Assembly: GCA_024137785.1 (NCBI GenBank)
Contig: JAHRHZ010000100.1
Span: 2,937,427-3,001,426 of the forward strand
Direction of reading: 5' to 3'
Source of the DNA: Ginglymostoma cirratum
Lineage: Eukaryota
DNA length: 64,000 bases
Shown: piece after piece, positions 37,312 through 48,873 of the stretch
How positions within the stretch are numbered: position 1 is the first letter of the stretch
Layout: every line of letters starts with the position of its first letter
Position numbers and translations under genes: made by a program
The notes under the pieces: model-generated
Seen by the model: the letters and a program-made list of their open reading frames with translations, nothing else
Database searches by the model: none
Told to the model about the DNA's origin: nothing

Positions 37312-37399
37312 ACGTACCACGCTCATGTAAACTTTAAAGCAACCAGTTCCTCTAATGGTAAGCGCATGCTTGATAGTTGTTGTTGGCTGTTCAGTGCAC

Positions 37400-40020
37400 A
37401 CTACTATTAACCCACCATTGGAATGATATTCTTTTGCCAGGGAATGTGATTCATGCGGTAAGTGCTGTGGCCATGGTGACTGTTGTTGCTTATCCTTTGT
37501 CTGGCTGGGGAAAGGTGGAGCTCTGGAACTGATGGTCATTCTCTACTCTATGCTTTTGGTGATACCATATCTTCCTCATCAGGTTTTTGCAGTGAGCAAC
37601 TTCTCGGGTTGTACATTTATGTCTGCAGTTGTGGCAATGTACTGGTTATTCACCAACTGCTTCACACAGGTTCCAATTGGCCATGTGTACTGACGCTAGT
37701 TGAGAATGTTGTCACTCTGACTGGATCTCCAATGCTTGGCTCTGGCAGTGTTGTCGTCAGTTGTCGTTTTAAGTGAAAGTTGCTCCTAAATTGGTGCACG
37801 TTCCAAGAGAGAGTTTATCTACGCTCGCAAATCCAACAGACTTTTTCTCTGCTTTCATATTTACTTTCACTGTCTTGTCATCGCCTATGCTGTTCACTTT
37901 AGGCATCTTCAATTGCACCTTTTCTCTTTCAACTTCATCTGATAATCTCTCTCCAGCAGTCGCACCAAATTTTGGTCATGGTCCTCAATGGCCTATTCCA
38001 TCATATAATAGATATTCAATAAACTCAGAGAGCATCCATGATAGTCCCTGCTGTTTGAAGATCACTGATTCTGAGTTGTACTCACAGAATTGCAGAAATG
38101 CTGAACAGTATGTAGAAGAAATCGTATCCAGTCACCATCCTTCACATTTCAGGTTGAAAAGACCTATGCTTTGGCAATTATAGCAATATTTCCTCAACGC
38201 TTACATGGTGTAAGTAGATTCTTCAAAACTTTACTGAGATGCTTTTGTTCTATGCATGCTCTCAGCTGTCCAGATTTTATTTTTGTTTGCTGATGAGCTA
38301 CCATGCAGCTCATCCACTCTATAGGAGTTGCCACTTTTTGACTATTTCCCTGTTTTCCAGCCCTGACGTCTTATCTTTCCGGTTCAATTGAGGGCAGCTG
38401 GAACTCTACTCTGCAGAAGCTGAGTTCATCTCTCATGCTGATCAACTTTGAGATGATATTGATTAGTAAGAGGTGCAAGACCAATTAAAAACATTTTTGT
38501 CATGTCTTTTAGAGTTTGTTCATTGGACAATAGCTCAGTGCTTTGTGAAACACTGCAACACCTCTGGTTGTGTTGTGTGGCTGCTTTATTTGTTTTCTAA
38601 TCAATCCACTCAGAGATGATAATACATATCTCTGGAGCAGGTGGGACTTGAACCCAGGTCAGACTCAGCTCAGCCGGGCTGTGTAGTTCCTTGTTATGCC
38701 CAATGCGTTGGCTCACAGCTTAATTTGTCCACTTGGGGTGAGTATCATTTGAACATAGAGCCTCAGCCTTACCAAGCAGGTTGTTTATTCTTGGGGTTGC
38801 CCACCTTGACTTTGCACAGGTCAGCAAAACTCAATCCGTTGCAGGAAGCACAAGTGTCTCATTGACACCTGACATCCAGTCAATATTCTCCTTCTGTAGT
38901 CATTATAAACATCAAGAACCATTATCATCTTTAAACCTGATGATGTCAACCTGTTGTATGACATAGATTGAATCCCAAGAATCATCATCTGACCTTTCTA
39001 CAGCAGCCATATGCGTAGGTTTACTTTCCAGCAAAATATGTGCTTGCACAGGGATTCCTCTGCGTGTGGTTACAATGCTGCTTTCCCCACGCAGAACATT
39101 TTTTTTTTTGTTCTTCTAGTGTGGAGGTTCTGAGCTTCTACAAAAGGTCCTGTAACAGGTCGCTGGACCTGAAACATTAACTCTGATTTCTTTCCACAGA
39201 TGCTGCCAGATTTGCTGAGCTTTCTCCAACAATTTCTGTTCTTGTTTCCGATTTACAGCATCTGCAGTTCTTTCGGTTTTGATCTTTCTGCTGGTCTTTT
39301 TGCAACCATTTCTTCCATCGTTTTTTCCATTATGTTGTTTTGTTCAGCCTGCACTGTCTCTCAGTATAATGCAAACACTTCTCTGTTCTCCCTTTTGATA
39401 CTCTCTTGCTGATGATGAACAACTTTAGTGCTTTCGCACATGTCAATGGCTTTGTTGAAAGTTACTTTCTCCTCCTTTAGTGGACACAGTCTCACAATGG
39501 AATATCTTATGCCTGAGATAATTGTATCTCTAATGAGTTTACCTTTTAATTTTCAATACTGTCAGGATTCAGCCAGATGTATCAATGCAGGCACATACTA
39601 AGCAAGTGTTTCCCCTAAGTTCTGATGAAGAAAACATAACTAACATGTAGAACATTCAAAACATTTTCAAGGCTGTCAACATTTCAGCAATCTGACCTTT
39701 CTGCTCCTCTATGGTGCAATACAGTTTGTAGTCTTGCTTCCCTCCTACTGACAACAGAGTCACTTTGTTTATTTGATCAGCTTTTCTTGTATAACGCTAT
39801 AGCCACTTCAAATGTTGCCTTTGTAGAACTCCAATTCTGTCTCCTTTCACCTTTCATTTCCAAAGCACCAGGTACTGAAAAATTCACAGCTATCCTGACT
39901 CACCCAGTGCTTCAGAGTTGCAGACTGCTGTCCTAGTTCTTCTTTGCTCTTTCTTACAGTAGTTAACTCTCTTACAGCTCAGAAAGTCTACCCAGTTTCA
40001 GCTGCACAATTCTAACAGCA
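37400..40020 (-). mobile_element. Highly decayed Gypsy internal region (gag and integrase C-terminus)
   Basis: Minus 39425-39550 reads KGKLIRDTIISGIRYSIVRLCPLKEEKVTFNKAIDMC (gag). Minus ~37715-37750 reads LPEPSIGDPVRV. A PBS-like tgctgttagaa follows ...aaca at ~40010-40025. Confidence 0.6.
39150..39282 (+). mobile_element. Neptune-type PLE terminus (eroded HHR plus tail)
   Basis: ggtcgctggacctGAAACATTaactctg...cacagatgctgccagatttgctgagc...cagcatctgcagttc. Confidence 0.8.
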
Positions 40021-42264
40021 TGTTTCATTTGGTGTCATCGTGTAAAATGCAGAAGTCACATGACCACACGAAGCCAGACTACACAATATACAAATGCATT
40101 TCTCCAAACAATTCCATTTAATATTTGCACCTTAGAGCAGTTGCTTTTTGATGTGTTAATATGGACATGGACTGCAGCAGTTCAAAAGTGGATTTCATCA
40201 CTTTCTCAAGGACAACTAGGAACAGGCAATATAAACTGTCCAGTAAGTGATGGCACATCCTGTGACAGCATTAAAAAAAAAGCCACTGCCAGTAGTCGGG
40301 GTTGGGGGACTACAACACAGACTTGCTGGACATCGGTCTAGATTATGAAGGAGACAGATTTATGAGAGTTCTATTCATGTTATCAAGAAGCAGTTGCAGG
40401 ATTGTGAAGTACACAATTGGACACCCATATCTCAGCAATACAATCCAGAGAACCTCATGATTTGTGTTGTCACATGCTTGGTGTGTGCTTGATGTGGTTC
40501 TCAATCTTTACCTTGGAAATTTTTGGGAAGGACAACCTTGTCAGAAATTCCTCAAAATGAGTCAGTCGGAGGATTCCCTCAGCTGCAGGAAGTAGCCAAT
40601 TCAGGAGAATGTCTGTCAGAATGTTTCCTACTCCAACACTTGCTGTCTTACTCCTGACCAAATTTATGTTTAATATATCCCTGCACTGGAAAAGTGGTAA
40701 ATAATTTGGCAATTTTTCAACATTATTACTGGGACATCAACATAAATATGACAGATCAAATTATGTCGTTCTGTGCTGTAATAGTGGCTCTCTGGTTCCA
40801 CGATAAAACTCGAGTGGAAACATTAACATCTGTAAAATGTTAAATTAAAATTAATGGGATAATTATAATGCACCCAACAATTCATTAACGAGAAGCAATT
40901 TTTTTTTTTACGTCATGGCTATATGCTATCTAAAAATGATAGGCATTTTAAATTCCCTGGCTTTTGAATTTTGATGTACACAAATAACAAATGGTATTAA
41001 TTTCATCATGAGAAACATGCAACACAAGTTATTAGAATCATTTTTTACTGTAGCATTGCAATATTAATACATCAACTCTGCAATTGTAAATCAATGATAA
41101 ATAGTTTTGAACAAATACTTGCAATTGAAATATAAATATTTACGTAAATATTGTCACATTTACATTTAAAAAATCATTTCTTTTTCTATGTGTGGAAAGT
41201 GCATATGCTTGCCAATTATTAGACTGAATTTGGTCAAATAAGGTTATTTTATTCATCTCCCATATCTAATTGTTACAAAGACAAGGGCTTTTTGCTAAAA
41301 CCAAATTGGATCTCTTTGATACTGCATATAGGACTGAAATAGGAATGTCTGGCGAGGGGAACGGGTTTCATTTTTCAACTCATTGAACTACATCTTTGCA
41401 TTGCAAGAAGGAAAACAGGTTGTGTGTGTCTCTCTCCTGAGACTCTGGTGGGTGTTTCTTGTTGCCAATTATGAGCTGACAGAAAACAGCAGGTTAATTT
41501 CTATCTTACAGATGGCCACCTTAATCACCAGTAACAAAAGGCCATGGAAGAATTATAGAGCCACAATTCAGTACCATGGTCAGTGAAAGAATTAAATGTG
41601 TCATGAGTCATAAAGGGAAATAGAAAGTTTTAAAATAGATTGGACAAACTCAGAACTGTCAGAGGCTCTACATCCTGGTGAGTTGTGGGGTTAATCAGTG
41701 ATTCTGTAACAATACCACTTTGCTGGTGCTTTTATAGATCATTAACAATGTTATTGCCTCTTCCAAGATATTTCTTTCAATCCCTAAGGTCCAGTAGATA
41801 ATTGAGTGATATTGCAACTTGCTTGAACAGCTAAGGACAACACTAAAAATAGAAATTTTGATTAAAATTGTCCCATGTCTCATCACACTCACTTTATCAC
41901 CACAGCGATGGGTTTCTTGCATTCTTATTAACCCACTCATGTGGGATAACTTCATTGCTAAAACTGCAGCCCATAAAATTCATAATATTTTCATCATTCC
42001 TCGGGGACAGCATGTGACACTGTGCTAACTCATTTCTTTTCAATAGGTTACAGCAGAATTCAGTTAGATCAGCACCTTCCCGCAAGTAGAAAGCCAGATG
42101 ATATGTTATTCAGAATTAAGATATACAGATAAATTATCTAGCAAGTTTGATGTTGATATCCACTATTAACTTATTAGTTGACACAGTGGTGGTAAGTCGC
42201 TCTCTGGGAAGTGTTGTAAATGCAAACCTAAGTATATCTGTAACAATATGTACGAGTCCAAGAG

Positions 42265-42578
42265 ATGCATTGTCCCGGCTCATCACAGCATTTTCCAGAT
42301 CCACGGCCATTACCACCATGACGATCAAGGGCAGCAGATGTGTGGGAGCACCACAACTTGCATGTTCTCTTCCAAGCCACACACCAACCTGATTGGAACT
42401 ATATTGGGGTTTCTTCACAGTCACTGGGTCAAATTCTTGAAAATCTCTCCTGATAGCACTGTGGGTTTTCCTCTGCATGGACCACAGCTGTTCAAGAACG
42501 TAGCTCACCACTACCTTCTCTAGGGACATGAGTAACAAATGATGGCCAAACCATTCAGCGATGCCCACATTCATGGGC
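42265..42578 (+). mobile_element. 3' end of a CR1/L2-group LINE (probable partner of the 8361 SINE)
   Basis: Tail gttcaagaacgtagctcaccactaccttctc...gcgatgcccacatt; shorter copies at ~40165-40275 and ~32895-32950. Confidence 0.65.
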
Positions 42579-42734
42579 TTAAAATTTATTATTTTTTTCT
42601 GCTTCTGCTTTGGCAGTTCCACAGCACAGGCTAAGCTCTTTATTTCACTCACATTTAAATTAGATTCAGGAGCTGCATCGACAAGCAGCTCAGACATTGG
42701 TTGTAGCACTGCAAGGAAAATAAGGCAGAAGTAA

Positions 42735-42813
42735 TGCAGTGTGGAGCTGGAGGAACACAGCAGGCCAGGCAGCATCAGAAGAACAGGAAATTGACATTTC
42801 AGGTCGGGACCCA
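42735..42813 (-). mobile_element. Partial PLE terminus (second subfamily)
   Basis: gtgtggagctggaggaacacagcaggccaggcagcatcag...tgacatttcaggtcgggaccc. Confidence 0.75.
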
Positions 42814-43860
42814 ATTTCTCCGGACAATTTTAATCAAAATTTTTATTTTTAGTGTTCAAGCAAGTTGCAATCTCTTTGAATTATCTACCGGACCTTAGGG
42901 ATCGAAAGAAATGAGGCAGAAGGTTTTTCTTCAAAAATGCCAAGTTCCAACTAGATGTATGGATGTCATGGATCTCGGAATGAATGCACAGGAAGATTGA
43001 TGGTGCTTGAAGAGAATGAGAGATTACAATCTGTTGTAAATGAAGAATGTGTGTCTGCTGTTCTGATAACAATGTTGTGAGCCACATCTTTTTAACAAGT
43101 GTATCAGTTGCTTGGTTTTCTCGCATTTTGAAATCCATCTGGTGCTAAAGACAAGATGACTTTCATGGCACCAGGAACCTGAGATATTATAGAACACTTT
43201 TTTTAACCATTAATGATACTCTACAACTTGAAGAGAATGTCAGATGTGATAATTCTTTTGGTGCTCTGTTGGTTAAGCTGACATTCTCTTATTTCAGTAC
43301 CCCAGGGCCAGTGAGAGATTAATCTTCTAATCTATTTTCTAATTGCTAACTTGTGTTTCTGCTGGAAAGTGAGCCCTAAATATTTTGGGTGGGGACATGA
43401 TCGGGCATAAAAGCAGTGCCCACAGTTAGCGTATAGTCTATCAACATCATTCCTTGTTCACGCACATCACGAAAGGCTGTTCATGCACCATAGCAGATAG
43501 TGTTTGATTTTGTGGAACTATAGTCCTTTGTGAATCAGTGGCCCTTAGCAGAAACGGGAACAACATTAATAGAAAAATAATAACCTCAGTTTTACAATAA
43601 CTACATATTCTGTGATCATTTCAGGAGAACATGCAAAGGTGTGACAAGAGTGAGCCATTTGTCTGCAGAAGTGTATTTTTCCAATACAGTCAATGCAACA
43701 AATTTAAGCAGATGTAATTCCTCAGCCCGTTAAGACAAGTAGATCATAAAGTCTCAGCATAATTTATTTAAACTTAAATCTTCTCTTTTGCATTTGTACC
43801 CCAGCATCTTCTTTTATTCAATTGCCTCATCAAATTGTCTCATTTTTAATATGGACCAAA

Positions 43861-45523
43861 TGTGGCAATACTATGGTTTTAAGAGGTGTATTTATCTTTT
43901 TTGTTTAAAGAGAGGTTTTAGGACAGAGGTATAGAGAAGTCTGTTTGCATCCAATAAAGTAAACAGCTTGTGAGGCCTTGTTTTTATTTTAAGTAGGAAC
44001 AATAGAAGCAGCCTGAATGGGTGGGGTAAGCTCTCACAGAACCAGGATTTTTATTTTTAGTTTTCAGTAGCATTCGATACTGGGGTCTTGACGACATGGA
44101 AGCTATTTTCTTTCCTCTTTTGGTTACAACTAAAAGCTGGGGGTTGTCTTCCTGCTGCTGGAGTTGCATGTGAGACAATCTGTTTTTCCCCATGGTAGGC
44201 TATTGCAGAAAATTCGGAGGCATGGGATTGAGGGTGATTTAGCAGTTTGGATCAGAAATTGGCTAGTTGGAAGAGGACAGAGGGTGGTGGTTGATGGGAA
44301 ATGTTCATCCTGGAGGTCAGTTACTAGTGGTGTACCGCAAGGATCTGTTTTGGGCCCACTGCTGTTTTTCATTTTTATAAATGACATGGATGACGGCATA
44401 GAAGGATGGGTTAGTAAATTTGCGGATGACACTAAAGTCGGTGGTGTTGTGGATAGTGCGGAATGATGAGGCAGGTTACAGAAGGACATAGATAAGCTGC
44501 AGAGCTGGGCTGAGAGGTGGCAAATGGAGTTTAATGCAGAAAAGTGTGAGGTGACTCACTTTGGAAGGAGTAACAGGAATACTGAGTACATAGATCCCTG
44601 CAAGTTGCCACCCAGGTTGATAGGGCTGTTAAGAAGGCGTACGGTGTGTTAGGTTTTATTGGTAGAGGGATTGAGTTTCGGAGCCGTGAGGTCATGTTGC
44701 AGCTGTACAAAACTCTGGTGCGGCCGCACTTGGAGTATTGCGTACAGTTCTGGTCACCGCATTATAAGAAGGATGTGGAAGCATTGGAAAGGGTGCAGAG
44801 GAGATTTACCCGGATGTTGCCTGGTGTGGAGGGGAGGTCTTATGAGGAAAGGCTGAGGGACTTGAGGCTGTTTTCGTTAGAGAGAAGAAGGTTAAGAGGT
44901 GACTTAACAGAAACATACAAGATGATCAGAGGATTGGATAGGGTGGACTGTGAGAGCCTATTTCCTCGGATGGTGACGGCTAGCACGAGGGGACATAGCT
45001 TTAAATTGAGGGGTGATAGATAAAGGACAGATGTCAGAGGTAGATTCTTTACTCAGAGAGTAGTAAGGACGTGGAATGCCTTGCCTGCAGCAGTTGTAGA
45101 CTCGCCAACTTTAAGGGCATTTAAATGGTCGTTGGATAAACATATGGATGATAATGGAATAGTGTAGGTTAGATGGGCTTCAGATTGGTTTCACAGGTCG
45201 GCGCAACATCGAGGGCCGAAGGGCCTGTATTGAGCTGTAATGTTCTGTGTTCTGTGTTCTGTGTTCTATGTTCTATGAATCTGCCTTTGACAAGGGTGTG
45301 TTTTACTATATTGGAACAGTTACTGTTTCATAGTAAAATAATCTATTATTTTGTTAGGTTTTCCAATAGAGTTGTTATTCCAATTTCTTTTTTCTTTTGT
45401 TTTATTTTAACTATAGTGGATGAATAAAGTGTGTTTCTTATATTTACCTTTAAAATAAGAAAAAGTTAGCATCTAGACTACCTTCTGAGTACATTTTAAG
45501 GGGGCTTGGTCTGGTCCACAACA
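43861..45523 (+). mobile_element. Solo LTR interrupted by a young CR1
   Basis: tgtggca...ccacaaca with flanks caaa/caac; homologous to 10454-11079. Confidence 0.8.
44187..45277 (+). mobile_element. Young CR1 (HER1-like) LINE, 3' 1.1 kb
   Basis: [16 protein letters not shown]...KFADDTK and LYKTLVRPHLEYCVQFWSP, with a (ttctrtg)n tail at 45243-45277. Confidence 0.95.
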
Positions 45524-46066
45524 CAACTCACTGTTACTTGTAAATCTGTTTAAAAGTCCTCTCGTGGCACATTGATTCTCTTCATTATATTTCTGTACAT
45601 TTTTGTTTTTTGTCGAACATGCAAAAGCTTGTTTTATTTAATGTTGCATTTAATTGGTCATTGGTTTGTATATTTGCATGATATTTATAACTCTTTATAT
45701 AAATCTTTGCTGTCCTCCATTCCTGTCACGTTTCTAATTTAGTTTTAGTTGCAGAGTTAATAAATTTTAATTTGGTTTCTGTATTCAGGTCACTCAGAGA
45801 GATCAAAAATAATAAGGATGTTAAGTATTCTGTTCAACTGTCTCTCAAAAAAACCCCTATTTCCTATTCAATTTCTTAGTCTTTCCTGCATTCTTAGAAT
45901 CTTAGAATTAGCTTTACTGTCAATGTACTCAAATGAGTACAGTGAAAAGCTTACAAGTCACCAATTATTCTTAAGTATACATTCTGAGGGAAAAATAAAT
46001 TAGAAATAAAAAGTCCAGCATTACAAATCATAGGAATAAATTAGAAAAAAACAAAGAAATAACATG

Positions 46067-46277
46067 AGATAACAAGGTGTAGAACTGGATGGACACAGCA
46101 GGCCAAGCAGCATCAGAGGAGCAGGAAAGCTGACATTTTGGGCCTAGATCCTTCTTCAGAACACTAGGCCCAAAACGTCAGCCTTCCTGCTCCTCTGATG
46201 CTGCTTGGTCTGCTGCGCTCATCCAACCCTACACCTTGTTATCTCAGATTCTCCAGCATCTGCAGTTCCTACTATCC
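46067..46277. mobile_element. Fold-back PLE terminus (second subfamily)
   Basis: Two inverted arms meet at the HHR. The 13-bp TSD aagaaataacatg lies at 46054-46066 and 46278-46290. Confidence 0.9.
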
Positions 46278-47627
46278 AAGAAATAACATGTTCAGAATAA
46301 CAGTCCTACCAACTCAGGCCACGCTAGCACCTAGCCTCCAGTCCTCCCTGAGCCTTGACTCCAGATTGCACAAGGCTTCACCTTGAGGATCTCAAGGCTG
46401 GATGTCCACACACTGGGCTGGAGATCGCCATGCTGGGCCACCCCAGTTTGAACATTGTTGTTTCCTTCCGTGTTCAAAATCCTTTGATAATTAGGTGCCA
46501 ACAAACAGAATGACCCTCTGTCTTCCAATGTTCTGCTTCATACTCAAGGGTATCAGGATTTTGCATAATTCTATCTTGGTATAATCAACTAAGTAAATTA
46601 TTCATCATGATGACAAACCTGCATGGTGATAACCAAAGCAGACACTGAAGTTGCTTTGAATACTTACCTCCAACTAGAAAAGCCAATCTGAAGGTTAGAT
46701 TTCAAAACCATCAGAGAATAAAATGAATTGTAATGCTAAGACTTTTTTTTGTCTGTAACTATAATCTCTGTAGACTGATGTCTGGGCAGAAAGGTGCAGA
46801 CTCAAAGATGATGCTGCGTCTGGCGATGATTTTAATCTCCTCCTGCCTGAGTAACTACATTGGTTACATAAGAAAGATTCTTGTGGAATCAGCATTATGT
46901 TGTCTTAATTATGTCAGACTTCATTAGGCTCTCTCAGTCTGTCTGAGAGTACTATCATCCAGGAAAATATAACAGTCTGTGATAGCATTTAATTTACATT
47001 GGTAGGGAAGGGCAGGAAGTTTGGCATGAATTCACTCCAGTCATTGTCTTGTCTGCAAAATCAATGGATAACTTCCATTCTACTGTAAATAGAGCAGGGG
47101 ACACCTCAGGAGGTGCATTTCCAAACCTCCAGTATTCAGCAAGTATAGAGATCAGAGTAACTTAGTTCTCAGTGTCAATGTATGGGTATGGACAACCCAG
47201 ATTATAATTGTGGAATGTTTCTGAATTATGTAGTTGTTCTAGGTCAAGTACAGAACAAGGATTTTGTAATTGAAAATAATATTTGGTGGGTAGGGAAAAA
47301 CGAATTAGGTTTCAAACGTTGTTCTATATCTCACACCAGTGACATACTGGAAAGCAAGACACACTATTCCAGGAATCATCACAAAAAATATTAAAGATTC
47401 TATAAGAGGATGCAAAATCCTCCAATTTACCGATTTTTTAGATTTAGGTGAACAGAAAGTATGAACCAGGTTTCTGTGCTTAGCAACAATTAATATTAAC
47501 TACAAATAAATAGACACTGGCTACTTGTAAACTGTTATGAATTGTCAGCATATAACTCTTCTGGTTAAAATTCTAACCGCCTTAAAAATTCCCCCGTTCA
47601 CTCATATACAGACAGATATAGACAGGT

Positions 47628-48873
47628 TTTGGAGTAGATTTGTAGCTCGGGTTGTGGGTGTTGAGGTTGGTTGGTTCATCGAGCTGGTTTCTTGTTTCGC
47701 AGACGTTTTGTTACCGTGCTGGGTAACATCCTCGGTGCAGACACCGATGAAACGTTGGTGTGTTTTCCCGCCTGGTTTTTAAACTCTGGGGTCCGTTGCG
47801 ATGGATTGCCTCACTTCCGGTTTTCCTTCATAGTGGAATGTATATGGGGTCAAGTTCAATGTGTTTATTAATAGCATGCTTCGTAGAGTGCCATGCTTCT
47901 AGGAATTCTCGTGCCTGTCTCTGCCTAGCCTGTCCCAGGATCTTGGTGTTGTCCCAGTCGAAGTGGTGGTTCTCCTTGTCCATGTGGATTGAGATGAGTG
48001 AGTATTGGTCATGTCTTTTTGTAGCCAGTTGGTGTTCATGTACTCTTGTTGATAGTTTCCGTCCTGTTTGTCCGATGGGGTGTTTCTCGCAGTCTCTGCA
48101 GGGGGATCTTGTAGATGACATTGGCCCTGTCCATGGCGGGGAGTGGGTCCTTAGTTCAGGAGAGCAGTTGTCGTAGGGTTGATGTGGTTTTGTGTCCCAC
48201 TCTGATGCCCAGCGGTCAGAGGAGTCTTGTGGTGAGTTCCGACGTGTTTTTAATATAGGGTAGCGTGATGAGTGTGTCGGGGCATGTAGTATCTTTCAGA
48301 TGCTGTTCGTGTAACACGAAACACGTCGGAACTAAGCACAAGACTCCTATGACCACTGGGCATCAGAGTGGCACACAAACCCACATCAATCCTATGACAA
48401 CTGCTCACCCGAACTAAGGTCCCCTGCAGAGACTGCGAGAAACACTACATCAGACAAACAGGAAGGAAACTAACAACAAGAGTACATGAAAACCAACTGG
48501 CTACAAAAAGACATGACCAATACTCACTCATCTCAATCCACATGGACAAAGAGAACCGTTATTTCGACTGGGACAACACCAAGATCCTGGGACAGACCAG
48601 GCAGAGACAGGCACGAGAATTCCTAGAAGCATGGCACTCCACAAAGCATGCTATTAATAAACACATTGAACTCAACCCCATATACAATCCACTACGAAGG
48701 AAAACCGAAAGTGAGGCAATCCATCTCAACAGAGCCCAGACTTTAAAAACCAGGCAGGAGAACTCACCGATGCTTCATCGGAGTCTGCACTGAGGATGTT
48801 ACCCAGCACGGTAACGAAACGTCTGCCAAACAAGAAACCAGCTCAGTGAACCAACCCAACCTCAACAACCTCA
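47628..48873. mobile_element. Palindromic Poseidon-type PLE insertion (two inverted GIY-YIG/terminal arms)
   Basis: ORFs 47828-48121(-) and 48542-48793(+) encode the same peptide (REFLEAWHSTKHAINKHIEL). The 14-bp TSD agatatagacaggt lies at 47614-47627 and 48874-48887. Confidence 0.92.
48787..48826 (+). ncRNA. Type I hammerhead ribozyme with complete catalytic core
   Basis: GCA-CTGAGGA-T-GTTACC(CAGCAC)GGTAAC-GAAA-CG-TC-TGC. Predicted cleavage is after C48823; stem III is reduced to palindromic ACGT. Confidence 0.8.

Noticed and set aside
42134-42814. 226-aa minus-strand ORF
   Set aside because: Chimera of a PLE terminus, unique DNA and the antisense of a LINE tail.
44177-45283. aatctg on both sides of the CR1 as a TSD
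   Set aside because: The uninterrupted LTR copy (10454-11079) already has both similar motifs (caatctattttattgaatttgcc), so these are not a duplication.
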